Shown here: positions 1-14,259 of the stretch, one piece after another
How the letters are laid out: every line of letters begins with the position of its first letter
Numbering within the stretch: position 1 is the stretch's first letter
Assembly: GCA_016748015.1 (NCBI GenBank)
Contig: JAAOMT010000446.1
Span: 63,752-127,751 of the forward strand
Direction of reading: 5' to 3'
Source of the DNA: Geosiphon pyriformis uo1
Lineage: Eukaryota; Fungi; Glomeromycota
Length of the DNA: 64,000 bases
Notes under the pieces: generated by a model
Told to the model about the DNA's origin: nothing
Databases searched by the model: none
Seen by the model: only the letters and a program-made list of their open reading frames with translations
Made by a program: the position numbers and the translations under genes

Positions 1-2330
1 TTTTAATTTTGTTTTAATTATTAAAAATTTAATAATATTATAATAATAATTATTTAATTTTTTTTATTTAAATTATAAATAATTTAATTAATATACAATA
101 GTTTTTTATATATTAATTTAACAAGTAAATATTAGTTAATTAAAATATAGGTTATTAGCTGATAACAAAAAGCTGTAATAAAATTTAAAAATAAAATAAT
201 TACTAAGTTAGTTGTTTTTAAGTAATTAATTTTTGTAAATAAAAATTTTATATATGTGATTAATATTATTAAAAAAATCATAAATTTTTAAGAATTTATC
301 TTGAATATTTTTATATATTTTTTTAATAAATTTTACTGTTCATAATCTTTCTAATTTATGATTTTATATAATAAAAAAATTTGTATTATTTCTTATAATT
401 TTGTTTTTTATGTCTATACAAAATATATTACTGTTTGCTTTAAAACAATTTTTTTTAAAAATAAGACTATTTATTTAATTTTAGTGTTTAAAATAGAAAT
501 TTGTGCTAATTGATTTGTTTTTTTATTTTATTTTTGTTTATAAATTAGCTAATTATATATTATTAATGTGTATATTTAGTAAAAATTTCAGAAGTTATAT
601 TAAAAAAAATTTTATTGTACTTAATAGACAATAATTTATACATATATATATAATTAAAAAAAACTTTTATTTTTTGTTTTATGTTTTTTGGTAATGTAAA
701 TTGCTAATAGTATTTTATTAAAGATTAATTTATTTTTACATATTAAATCTTTTTTTATTAGTTATTTTTATAATAAAAAACTAATTAAATATTTTATCTA
801 TTTAGATTTTTGGACTATTTTAAAAATTAAATTTTTTGCTGACTGTTTTTTTTGTTTTTTTTGTTGTAATTATATTAAAAAATTTAAAATACATAATAAT
901 ATATTATTAAATATTAATTGGTTTAATATAATTCAAAAAACTTTATCAAAAACATTAAAAATTATTTTAATATTAACAAAAATATATTCGAAAATATATT
1001 AAACAGAATAATAATAACAAAAAAAAAACTTAAAAATTTTTATAAATTTAGCAATCTTGAAAATAAAAAAAGTATTAAAATATATTGTTTTATTTTTAAA
1101 ACCAATAATAATTGGTTAAAAATTAATATATTAAAAAATACAGTCAAAAGTTAATTCAATTTAATTAATATGTTTCTATTATTGCTGTTTAAACAAAAAA
1201 AAATTCTATTTATAGTTATAATAAAACTAAATATTATAATTAATATTAATAATACAAAATTAATAAAAAACCAGAAAAAATAATAAAAACCAAAGTTTTA
1301 TTTTTTATAAAAGAAAAAACTGGTTTTAAAATATTAGAATTAACAAAAGCATTAAAAAAACCTTTTATTGGTTTAAAAAATTACTATTAAACATAGCAAA
1401 GATTTAAAAAAGTTGTTTTTTGGCTGTTTTGGCTTTTTTAATTATTTAAATAACAGTAAAAAAAAATTAACTTAATTATTAACTTCTTATTAAATACTTT
1501 AAAATCTATTTGCTGATAAATAAAATTAAAGTACATTTTCACGATTTTATTTAGTTTATAAGGAGTTAAAAAGGTTTTAAAAAAGACAAAAATTATATCA
1601 AAACTATTTTAGATAGATTTTTTTAATAAAAAACTTTTAATCAAATATAAAAAAAGTGTTTTTAAGTAAACAAATAACTAGTTAACTCTTATTTTATTTA
1701 AAAAAAGTTATTATTATTTTTATACAATAAAATAATTTTATAAATATAAATAATTTGTAATATTATGAAAAAAATAGAAAAAATAAACAGAAAACAAAAA
1801 TTAGAGTTTATTGATATTTAAAAATGTAATTTTAAATATAAATATTATAATATTAATTATTAATACTAACTTAATTTGGAACTTTTTATTGTCATTAAAT
1901 GTATTTAATTAAAAAACAATGTTTTTTGCAATTAAATATTATTAAAACTTTATTAAAAAATAATATTTACTAATTTAAAATTATTTAATTAAAAACATAT
2001 TAATTTTTAATAATAATAATAAGTAATATTTAAAAATAATAAAAAATTTAATTATAAATCAAAATATTTAATATTTAATATTTTAATATTTTAATATTTT
2101 AAATATTAAATTCAAGAACATAATAATTTTATCCTAATTTAAACATCAATACTGAAAATTAACACACAATACACAAAACCAAAATTTTAATTTTAATTTT
2201 TGATTAAGATTAAAGATAATTCAAAAATTTAAACACTGAGCAGAAATTTAAACAAAAAATTCAAAACCCAAAATAAAAATTCAACACAAAACAATTGACA
2301 ATAATTTCAAAATTTCATTTTACAAATCTA
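1..2330. mobile_element. Extremely AT-rich decayed repeat block (unclassified TE relic)
   Basis: Almost no CpG and no credible ORF. 1150-1720 aligns by eye with reverse-complement copies at ~12640-13050 and ~23050-23740. Confidence 0.7.
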
Positions 2331-5256
2331 ATTTAAATACTTTTTAACATTAAAGTTAAGAAAATGAAAATTATTAAAAAAATTTATAACAATAAAAAAA
2401 GATGTGTACATAAAAATTATTATATATATTTTAAGACTTTTAAAGTGAAAAGAAAAATAAGGTTTTCTTGACCAAAAAACCACTAATAAGATGATAATTT
2501 TTGTAATCAAACTCATTTTTAAAACGAGAAATATGGTCCTGAAATAATATTAGTTTTTTTTTTTGAATATAAATTAAATATTGATTTTGGAACTATTCTG
2601 TAAAAAAAATATTTTGCTTTCAACAACATTCATTTTCAATATTTGTTAGATTGTAAAAATTGATTCTGACTCGTTGGTATAGTAGTATGAGTAGTATGAA
2701 TTGTACCCAGCAAATAAATCTCAACTAATATAACAAGTTCTTTCAAGTTATTATAATAACAATCACTGGTTTCATATGAAAGACAATTTTCATAATGGAC
2801 AAATTTCGATATATTGTGATTAGTTGATTGAAATAGAAGTCGGTAACTCATTGAACCGTTTTTGACTTAGACCCAAATTTAAATTCGAAATATCTTTTTT
2901 CAATAGATTTAACCACTACAATAAAATTTGTTGTAATATTCAAAATTCTTGAATTAACTCGCAATGCTAGCAATGAGGATAGGTTAACTAGTACTTTGGA
3001 AAATTATTAATCTTGAAATTTTCTTTGAAAACCTTATTAATGGGATGGAATTACAATATTTGAAGTGAAAAAATCGTTATATAAAATTCACAATTTCTAA
3101 GGCTTAAATACCTGCAAAGCCTAGACTTGACAAAGGAAAGAATCAATTAAGATAATAACAGATAATCACCAATGCAGAATCACAAGGATTTGCTTGATTT
3201 TAAATTCCTTTGAATGTGACTCGTAAGGAATATCAATACCCACTGATTTAAAATTAAATTGGCCAAGACATCTATTCAAAGAGGTCAAATACCTTATCCT
3301 TTTAGTATATCGGGAGATAAATTACAAATCCATGAATAGGCTTTTAAACGAAAACCAAAAATTGAGCGGGTAGCACCATTCTTGATTAATTTACAGTTAG
3401 CAGATTTTTCGACCTACAGATTGAGAATTCTTGCTAATCTCAATCTGTCTAGCTGTCTGAATTTAAACATCAAACAAAAATAAAAACCTGTCATTTTTGG
3501 GCGTTCTTTGCAATCCGTGATGAATCTTTTATTTCTTTATTAGATAATTAGAGTCGAAGAGGGTTCTGAGTTCTATAATGTACGGTCTGTAGTATTATTA
3601 ATATTTTGATGCTGATGATGATTTGGAGTTTCATAAAGAAAAAAAGAATATAAAGTGAGGGAAAGCTCAGCCGAGTCAATTTCTCCTTGAATCACAAATA
3701 ATTGATAACAAACAAAACAAAACAAAACAAAACAAAAACAAAAAATACGTCACTGAACAGAATCTTAGAGAAACAATTAAACAGTTAGCTTTGGATCAAA
3801 TAATTTAAACTAGTAAAAATCAATATTTTAGGAAAATAGGAAAATTTATCAAATAATTTTTATCATGTGATAACCAAAATTTCATAATTAAACGACATAA
3901 GATTTTTGGAAACACGGGGAAAAAATATTCACTTCTAGGATTCTCAATTTGGACAAATTAAACCACAAAAAAAAAACAGTATTTAACCCAACTTATCAGT
4001 CTTAACTCGGACCTTTAGCAATTGCTTTATCAGGATTATTGAGTAAAAAAGCTTTTAACCCTGCAGCATTAATTGACGGATTGTAACCTTTCATATTCTA
4101 ATAATTTTCCTTGAAGAAAAGTTATCTGTTGCATCGATTCATAACAATACTAACATAACTTAAAAATTAAATACTTGCCTTCTATGGATAGCAAATGGTT
4201 TCTCACTACAACCACAAAAAAAACTCTCCAGGATCTTGAAAAGAATGGTGGGTCTGAAATTAAAAAAATTAAAAGAATAACATTATGATGTTGATGATGT
4301 TGATGTTGATGTTGATAATGTTGATTATGGTGATGATGGTGTTGATTCAACTCTTTGAATTTCATCTCAATATCTAACCTCATTATAACGTCATGCATCA
4401 TATCAACAGGATTTTTAAATTTTCCCAGATGTGTTACTCGTTCACAAGATAATCTAAGTTCTGAAGTTGATCACCAGTGTTCTGTTGTACCATTATCCAA
4501 ATTTTCGATTCAAACGATGAACTAAAATAAGGTAGATCTTCGATGAAACTAATCATTGAGAATTTTGTTAGTTTTACGCGCCGTGTGAATAACCCATCTG
4601 AAGGAATAAAGTTTTCATTTTTATAGCTTTCCAACTTGATAAAAATATCAAAATCATCAGAAAAAAAATTAATTTCCTTTCATGGAATTAATTTTTAATA
4701 AAATTAGTCATTTATACAATTCAAATCCAGTTTTCTCGATAGAAATATTTAAATCAATATTTTTATTAAATTTATCTTTCATGCATACCGGACAGGATTT
4801 ATATCTTGAGAAATTTACTCCTGCAGTGGAAATCCTGTTTGTGATTGTTATTTCGCTTTCCTCTAATCATCCCAAATTCTGATCTCACCTTATTTTTTGG
4901 TGTTGCATAATCTGGCGCACAGATCCAGTCGGCACATCTTCTGAAGGTGATGGATTATGAAAAAGTTGTTTCTCCTAAATATCCTAATAGCATGAAATTT
5001 ATGAGAAATCGATAGCATGCAACAGCAGATTTTACCTTCCACTTTGTTTGTCATTCAAACAAAGGGCGTATTTTTTTGAAATAGCTAATATTTGTATAGA
5101 TTTGTTTTGAATTATTTCTGTTACAAAATTGATATTCTATCCAAACAAATTGTCAATTTCGCAAATTTCAATATTGCCTTTTTCGCCCTCTTGACGCCCA
5201 CAAGATAAATTTACAGATCACAAATCTGTTGGGGTATTTCTCACTACAAGATTAAA

Positions 5257-5266
5257 GTATATAAAG
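5257..5266 (+). promoter_or_regulatory. Candidate TATA box of the aquaglyceroporin gene
   Basis: GTATATAAAG followed by a pyrimidine-rich tract and a probable 5'-UTR intron (GTAAGT ~5399 ... CTAG 5490). Confidence 0.4.
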
Positions 5267-5507
5267 AACGCGTTTCTATTTCAACCATGTACCCCTTATC
5301 TCCCCCTTTTCCTGCACCTTCTCACGATTACCTTATCATTCCTAATTACTTTCATCCAACAACTTTCCAGTATTTTAATTTTGACTTCACGATTATCTGT
5401 AAGTATTTCGTATCCCATTTGAGTCTGTGCAATTTATGAAATGTGTGTAACTTTTCTTTTTATCATATCCTCTATGCTTCTAATCTCTAGATTTCTAACG
5501 TATTGTA

Positions 5508-6519
5508 ATGGCTGACGAACGAGGACAAATCAAAGCTGGTACTTCTGGTTATGGTTCCATTGAAGGTCCCGGGGAAGGCGCGGGGAAGGCAGCCGCTGGC
5601 CCACAATCCACTGAAATACATCAACATGACCTTCACGGCTGGAGAGGTCTCAAATACAGATTCAGAGAACCATTTGCGGAATTCTTGGGTACCTTCACCT
5701 TAGTTAGCTTCGGTCTTGGAGGCGTCGCTCAATTTGTTCTTAGTAGAGGTTCCAATGGAGATTGGTTGACGGTTGCCTTAAGTTTTGGTTTCGGTTTGGC
5801 TTTGGCTATAGCTGTTTCTGGAAGTGTTTCGGTAAGTTTAAGAAAAATTGATAGCTTGATTTCATAAATTAATGATTCCTCATTCTCTCATTGATATAAA
5901 TATCTTATCAATCTTTATGAAATAGGGTGGACATCTTAATCCAGCCGTCACAATCACTTTGGCAGTATACCGTCGATTCTCTTGGTTAAAAGTTCCGGTT
6001 TATATCATTTCACAATTCCTTGGAGCTTTCGTAGCAGCAGCCGTCGTCTATGCTAATTATAGCTCAGCAATCTCTGCATATGACGGAGGTAGACGCGAGG
6101 TCACTGGTACTTCTGCAACTGCCGGGATATTTGCCACATACCCAGTAGATTTCATAGGAGTAGCCGGCGCGTTCTTTTCCGAAGCACTTGGAACCTTCTT
6201 TTTACTCTTAATCATTCTTGCCGTTACGGATGAAAGAAATACACCAACTTCAAAATATACAGCTGCAATCACGATAGGTCTTGCATTGGCAACTATTGCC
6301 TTGGCAGGTGGTTGGGAAACTGGTTTCAGTTTGAATCCAGCCAGAGATTTTGCTCCAAGATTGTTCACTTTCTTTGTCGGCTATGGTTTTCAGGTCTTCT
6401 CAGCAAGCAACTTCTACTTTTGGATTCCTCTCGTGGCACCGGTTGTTGGTGGACTGATCGCTGGTGCAGTTTATGATGGTTTAATTTACACTGGTAAATC
6501 ACCATTGAATCGCGTATAA
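5508..6519 (+). CDS. Aquaglyceroporin (MIP family, GlpF/AQP3-like), 2 exons 5508-5831 + 5926-6519, ~305 aa
   Basis: GTAAGT..AATAG intron 5832-5925 restores SGGHLNPAVT. Second motif NPARD, AEFLGT, GIFATYP and FWIPLVAP are present. Confidence 0.96.
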
Positions 6520-7370
6520 CTATATTTTGAGAATTACACTTTGTTTTCTTTTAATTTTGGGTTTTCATTTGGAAAAACTATCATAACGAAAGAGAAAAAC
6601 TTCGCGTGTTATTATTGAATCCTCACAAAAGTCCCGATATCGTTTTGCTCTCACCATTTTCCTTTATGTTCTTTGTAAATAACTTGATGTAATAACTACC
6701 TCTCAAAATCTTATACGTTTTTCCCACATTGTTATATCAAATCAAATATTCTTAACATTGCTCTCTATAATTGGATTCTTCAAAATAAACCTTTTATTTA
6801 CAATTTTATTTCATTGTTTTGCGAAATATAATTACAGAGTTCAACAGTTAGGCCTTGAATCATGAGATCTAAACCGGTCGGGCAATGTCTTTATTAACAA
6901 TCCGTCCTGAAACTTCTTACACAAAAACGGTAACATTATCCTTCATGATTTCTCAACAATCAATAATCGGTAACGAAATCCTTCGGCCATATTCATCTAT
7001 CTGTCAGTCCAGACAAAGTGTATTTTAAAATTTATTAGTATTAGGATTAAAAAACGGTACTCTTATTTTAATAACTTTCATAAAACCGTATGTAACTTGA
7101 GTCAAAAACATATATATACAATATAATGTGGCTTCAAGCAAATTCAAATTGAAAAAAAAGCCAAATGATTATAAAACCAAGAAGTTTTTGTCCATTTGAA
7201 AAATTATAAAATTGCGAGTGATTTGATTTTAAAATCTCTAATTAAAATTTTCTAAATTAAAATCATCGGATAAATACAATCAAAGTATTATTATCCTATT
7301 ATATATTTTTTATTTTGAACGTTTATTATTTAATAAAAAATAAATTAACTATTAGAAAACGTCTATGATG

Positions 7371-7423
<53 letters not shown>

Positions 7424-8294
7424 TAGCAATACACAAAAGGTTTTCACAATAGATATAATTAAATGTAATGAAATACAATAAATATCATACCATATTCAAA
7501 ATATGAAATATGACATACAATCAAAACAACGTTAAATACAATATTTTATTGTAAATTGAATTAAATTCGAATTGAGTCAAAAAATTTTGTATTTAAATTG
7601 TAATCTGAAATTCATGGCCATTAATTTGAAAATTTACCAAAAATATTATTATTATTATTTTCTAATTTTTAAGCAAATGAATTCAAAAAAACAATTATTT
7701 ATTTCAAAACCAATAATGAAGCTTTTAATATAACATTTAAATATAATACTTGAAAACTAAGTTCAATCATCCTAATTTAAAACAGGAATTATTCATGATT
7801 TAAATTCTTGGCTTGAATATAAAGAAAATGGCGCAAGGATAAGGTCAACACCCTTTCCCAAGAAACTTCCGCAATTCATCTTTCCCAGCTGATTTAATCT
7901 TCAAATCGATCTTGCTTATTCAAGTGCATAAGACATAGCCTATTCGTTCTCAACGGTCCTACATACCAAATATTGACACTTTAAATAAATTAGATTGTAA
8001 ATCTTTGTATGTGGACCCATATGACATTGTGGCAGTGCCGGATGTGATAAACCAGTTTGTTGACTTCAATAAGAGACTACCGTAAACGAAAAATTCTTAT
8101 ATACTTTATTTGCATTGTTCAATAATTGGCACGAGCTGACTTGGATTTATTTTTAAAGCAAACTCTAATACAAACATAGGGAAATTTGAAATCTTCTTAA
8201 TGAACTTAACAATAATGATAATTTTGAAAATTTAGATATATCCTTCGGGGTGTAGCAAAACAAAATGGTATTTTTTTTTTCGCTGTGGGAATTG

Positions 8295-11200
8295 CTATGA
8301 TTCACCATTTGTTCGCATATTTTCGACTTTAGCTCTGCACAATGCACAAGAATCCGAACGTTTCATCCAATTGACGATACATTCTTCATGGAAATCGTGT
8401 GAACATGGAAGAGTCATTAGTCTGTCATTATTCTCATATTCGGTAAGACAGATAGTGCACCTGAGTTTCAAAGAAATGCGATTGAAATTAAAACACCTCG
8501 AAAAGCTTTCAAAAAAATATATCATAAACTATGTTACCTTTCCTCCGTTGTTTTACCCTTAATAGCATTGTATAGTTTTCTCGGCAAGCTATTAATGATA
8601 TCCTCTGGGGCGCATTTTGGTTTGACATCACCATTACGTTCACAGAGCCGAATTAAATTTTCGTAACTTGGATCGAAGTCGTCATCATCCTAAAATGTTA
8701 TTAGAATAAGAATGAGCTACACCTTTTTTGGACTGTTGCAAAGGATCCCCAGGCTTTCCTATGGTTTCCCTCATTTTTATAATTTTCTAAAAATCAAGTT
8801 TGTTCAAAATAATTTCTTACTAGGTAATTATCAGGATTTGACATGATTCCATTACTAAAAATATATAGATATGTATGTTATTATTTTGTAAAGATTTTTT
8901 TTAAAGGGAAACTTATGTAGCATACCCGATAACTTCAGGTAGCAAGTCCAAAAGATCCTCTAGTTCAATATCGTCCATAAAACCTCCTAAGAGAGAGTGA
9001 TGATGGTGAATGAAATGATGATGATGATGATGAGAGCCAGGTCTTGTACTTCTTGATTGACCACCACGTCCTCCGGCACCTCGGGTTCGTTCACTTGAAC
9101 GTTCTTCGTGATCACGGTGTTCAGAACCAAACAATTCTGCTAGTGTAGAGTGGAAACGAATATTGCGTTCACGTGATGTCGAGTTGCTGCGGGCCGATGA
9201 TGTAGAAGACCCAGGTTCTCTGCGTGAGTGACGTGAAGGACCTATGGTAAATTGAGATAATAAAGAGAAATCAGGAAATCATTGCAATTTGAAAGTAGAC
9301 TCTTTTTAAAAAGCTGATAGGCTTGGTAATGATAGTTTGACATGTTAACTGAGTAAATACCAATATTCCGTAGATTAGATCCATTTTCTCCCATGATTCT
9401 TGCCAAAGAACTGACATTATCAAGCTATTTATTAATGTATAATTTAAGTTTTTAATAATAGCATTCTTTATATATAAAATCGGCATGATATAACTAGTAA
9501 ATGATTACTTACAAAACTGGGGCCTTGTATTGCACTATATTCCTGAACTTGAATCCTTCGAGCTAATTCTGCATCCGTGACACCACGACGATCACTAGAA
9601 TTATGAATTCTGGGTGAACCCGCATTTAAACCTCCAACCGTTGTTTCTGTCGCGGCAGCGGCTTCCGTCACAGCCACGGCAGCGGCTTGTGCCATTACTT
9701 GAGATCTAATAAACTGTTGTTGTGACGCAAAAAATTGTGAAGATTGACGATCTCGCATAGAGTCCTGTCGCACTTCCTGTGCCATTGGCCTTATACTTCG
9801 TGGTTGCCGTTCACGACTAGTTTCGTTTGATCTGTTGTTAATTGCAGGTTCAGGACTATCAGGAACTTCTATAACAGTATCTTGGTCATCATCACTCAAA
9901 ATTCCTCTAATGTGACTTTCTTGCAATGAATTTATAGTATACGATGATTGGTTAGTGGTATTATGTGCTACACGATTCCCTCGTCGTTGGACACCAACAT
10001 TAATTGCTCGAATCAAACTCTCCCGATCAGACCTAGGAATATCAGCGTTCCTTAGCGGCCATCTTGGTGCTGAACGGTGTGTGTGAGGTAGACGAGGAGC
10101 ATGTCCAGTTTGACTGCTCGGATTTGTCTCTTGTGGTATTTCTGATCCTCCAAAAGAAAATTCTCGAGCTGTAGTACCAGCTGAAGCAAAATTTGTGCTA
10201 TATCCTGACTGTTCTGTGTTACCATTATCGCTATTGAGAGTGTTATTAGTTAAGGGATTACTTGCGGGACGCCTCAATGTATTGAAATCTAAATGAGCAG
10301 AATGGCCGAAATGTGGCCGCCTAAATTGGTTGAACGAAGGTGATGAAGGTAAAGGTACTCTTTGTAATGGAGGTAATGGTGAATGAAATGAAGTGGTAGA
10401 AGAGGATGAAGAAATGTTATTGGTTGTTGAATTTAAATTTCCCGATAACTGTGATTGGGGTAAGGCTAAAGAGAATGATTGTACAAAACTTGGAGTGCGC
10501 GAAGATGTATTATAATTTGGATTAAAACTTGGTGATGAATCCGGTGAGGTAAGATCAATATATTGCCGGATTGATGGTCTTGTTTGCATATTTGTTGTAG
10601 GAGGAATCACCATTTGGTTAGGAATTGGAGGTGGTGCTACACGAGTTGATTGATTTACAACAATAGATGAACTGCTGCTGCTATTGCTATTTAGTTCCCG
10701 AGATGTTAGTCCTATGCTACCAAATTGAACGTTGTGAGGGGTTTGATAGTCATGGGACCCATTGGTATTATTGACAGGATTAGCCCAATCATTCGACATT
10801 GTTCGCACTCTTTTTCTTGATGCATTATCGTAGGAGGTCCCAAACGATAATAATTCCTCATCATCATCATCATCATCATCGTCATCATCGTCATCATCAT
10901 CAAAAACAGGTATTTCACTGGTTTCTGGGTAGGAAGGTCTTGAAGAATTTTGCTTTGGTGGTTCGGTCGCTATCCCTGGTGATGAGGAAGAGTAAGCTGG
11001 GACAGGATTGGGTATCGGAGCTGGAGGATAGCTAAGACGATTCGAGTGATTAGGGATGCGAGGAAAGCGTAGCATTGAAGATGAGGGTTGATTTGTAGAG
11101 TAATTATCTGAATTGAATTGAGAATCTGATATCGGGGGTAATGATATTGATTCTCTATTAGGTATCGAAGATAAAAAATCTCTGCCAGTATTTTGTGAAT

Positions 11201-11720
11201 ATAGTCGAAATGGAGTATTTGCAAGCTGATTTGTCGGTGAAGGTGAAGAAGATATAGTAGCAGCAGAGATTGAGGAGGGGGAAGTACTTCTTGTTGCTAA
11301 ATGAATTGGTGGCAATTGATTCCCATAATTTGGCATGTCAAGATAACGACGGGTCATGTTACTAGTGTCCGGAATTGGCTGAATATCCTCATCTTCCTCT
11401 TCATCTTCAGTTGTTACGGAATCTGAATGAGAGAAGCAATCATCCATGTCTTCATCTTCATCCTCAGTTTCAAATGAAGAATTGGCAAGGTTTGTGCGAT
11501 TGGCATAATTCTCGTCATCTTGTTCACCTTCACTTGAAGACATTCCTCCCATCTGGTGTTCTAAATTAGTCTCTTCCAAGTCGGAATCATAGTTTTGATA
11601 GTCTGTAGTTTCGACATATTCATCATCTGATCGAGAGGCTGAAATGTAATATCCAAGTAAAGGTCGATGGCTCGTTATAGAGAACCGTTCAAAAGCTTCT
11701 CCAGATTCAGCGAGAGACAT
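8295..11720 (-). CDS. RING-H2 E3 ubiquitin ligase with long disordered N-terminus (RNF38/RNF44/Arkadia-like); exons approx 11720-9513, 9424-9361, 9241-8927, 8854-8821, 8689-8538, 8460-8295
   Basis: C-terminal CTIC..LPCSHDFHEECI..W..CALC RING-H2. The spliced pre-RING segment reads SYENLIRLCERNGDVKPK. GT-AG introns keep the frame. Confidence 0.9.
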
Positions 11721-13049
11721 TTCCAACTCTGGTTAACGGTGCCAGAACTTGATGTGTGAGTTTGAAAACCTCTATAACTTGTAGAACTAAATATAACTTT
11801 GACTATTCAATTTAGCTAAAGATTCTGGCCTCTTGAGGTATTCTTTATTGTTCCGAACGAGCACCCAGAATTTAACTTTGAGATATTTGTAATTGACAAA
11901 ATTTTGTAAGCCAATATAGTAATCAAGCAATAGGACCTCTTTTAGTTTCCTCTTGCAGTTTAATTACAATCTTGAAAGAAGGCTGCAGAAATGACTTCGG
12001 TCCACCTTGATTGCTAAGGTCTGCTCTCCTCTGGTCCCAGAGGAGAAAGTAACAACTCAGGATCAGAGACTAGGAGCGGAACAAATATTCGACAAAGAAC
12101 TAGTGAGGTTGCTAGGGTTACATATAAAAGATATAAAATGAAATATAGGTATATTGACCTGCGGAGGATGGATAAATAGCAAAGAGGTAGGTAATGCTTA
12201 CCGATGAAGAATACTTTATCCCAATCAAATTTCTTTGATATGGATAAGTTGATTCGTGATATTTCTCTTTTAGATTTCTAAGAAACGGGAGCATTCGCTA
12301 AATTACGACAGCCGAGTTTTTTCGAATGACGACTTGCAAAGTGTCACAAGACCTAAATTTCATCATTCAGTACTCGGATCAAGGTAGTATCATCAGGCTG
12401 AAGCCGCATCAAAAGTTCATTCTTATGAATACCAATCAAAAAAAGAATAATAAACAGTCTAATTATCATGTGCCACATTCTAGCCCTGAATTCAAGTTTT
12501 AAACAATAATAAAAGTCTAATTATGGCAGTGCTTAAGATAAGCATATTTTCTCACTTGGGTTTAACACTTAAAAAAAACAACCCATTTGTATTCTAAAAA
12601 GTAAAAAAGTTGTAACTTCTTTATTTTTTAAAATAGTTAGTAGTATTTTTATCAATAAAGCACTTATAATTATAAAGCCTATTTAACAATGTTTTATAAA
12701 AGTGTTTTTCTTAAATAAAATAGTCTTTTATTAATTTTAAAGTATTATTTTTATTTTTAATTGAAGATTTTTTTTCAAAAAAATATATTTAAGACAATTT
12801 TAATATAATTTTTATTTAATTTAAAAGTTTTAAAGTATTTAATAAAAAGCTGGTAATTATGTTATATTTTACTTTTATTTTATTTTTTATTATTATTTAA
12901 ATGATTAAAAAGACTAAAACAACTAAAAAACAATTTTTTTAAAATCTTGAAATTTTTTTTTGGTGTTTTAATACTAATTCTATTGTTTTAAAGTCTGTTT
13001 TTTTATAGAAATAAAGCTTTAAATTTTTTTTGTTAATTTTATATTGTAT

Positions 13050-14230
13050 TTTTTTATTTAATATATAAATTATGTACTTTTTATATATAATTAAACACAA
13101 ATTTAATTTAGATTAAACTACATTAATTTTAACAAATTTATCTTAAAAAGATATTTTATGCATAATTATAACCAAAAAATTATTATTTATAATTATATTA
13201 CTTAATTATTTAGTAGTTTTATTAATATTTAACTTAATATTAAATAATTAATGCTTTTAAAAAAACATTAATTAAATAAAAATATTTTTATTATTAAAAC
13301 TTTTTATTAATTTTAATATTATACTTAATTTTAACTTTATATATCTTTATAATTATTTTATTTTAAACCAAATTTATTATATTTTTAAGTTTTTTATACA
13401 AAACAAAAAAAATATTAAGCAAAGTAATAACCAAAATAATCAAAATACCAATTGATTTAATAATAAATCTAATTAATAAAACCAAAAAAATCAACTTATA
13501 TTTCAAAAAACCAAATAAAAATCAATTTTAAAATTAATAATAATAAAAAAATTATTAAAAAAACAACAATAAAAAAAACTAATAAAATAAAATCTTAACA
13601 TAAAATTAGTATAGCAAAATATAAAAACTTTAAAAAATTATAAATTTAAATAAAAACTTAAAAAAAAACTATTTTATAATTTATAACTAAATAATTTATT
13701 TCTTAATATTTAAAATTTTTCTATTAAATACAATACTTTTATTTTAATAATAATAGTATTTAAATTTTTTTAGGTCTAAAAATAACAATAAAATATTGTA
13801 AATATTAAGTAAAATTAAAAGAATAAATAATAAAACATATATAATTATTAATCTAAAAAACCAGTTTGTTGATTTTAAAAACTATATAACCAAAAAATCA
13901 ACTAATTTAGTCTTAAATAAATCTTGAAAATAGATATTTTTTTTAATTTACAAAAAAAAAATTTAATATTATTCTGTTTATTAAAACTAATAAATATAAT
14001 AAAATAATTACAGTTTTATAAATACATAGCAATATATTGTCAAATACTAATATGTTTTAATATTATTTTAAAAATTTTACCAAATACACTAAAAGCAGTT
14101 TTAATATTAATTAAAAATATATATTAAGAATATATTATATAAAATAATAGTATAAAAAAAAACCTAAAAAAACCTAAAAAATAAACACTATATAAAAAAA
14201 TTTTATATTATAAATATAAACTTAGTATTA
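13050..14230 (-). mobile_element. Highly decayed ORF1-only retroposon copy
   Basis: Aligns by eye to the 14377-15700 ORF1 sequence, with a degenerate 3' tail at ~13060-13110 directly after the ORF1 end. Confidence 0.55.
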
Positions 14231-14259
14231 ATAAATATATATATATATTTTTTAATTGC

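Noticed and set aside
4150-4634. His/Gln-rich minus-strand ORFs
   Set aside because: Driven by a (CAT/CAA)n microsatellite and interrupted by a stop, with no recognisable domain.
6057-6368. 103-aa antisense ORF
   Set aside because: Shadow of the aquaglyceroporin exon.
7830-8090. GC-richer patch with WFITSGTA, a possible Copia protease relic
   Set aside because: No DSG motif or supporting context; it may be the RING gene 3' UTR.
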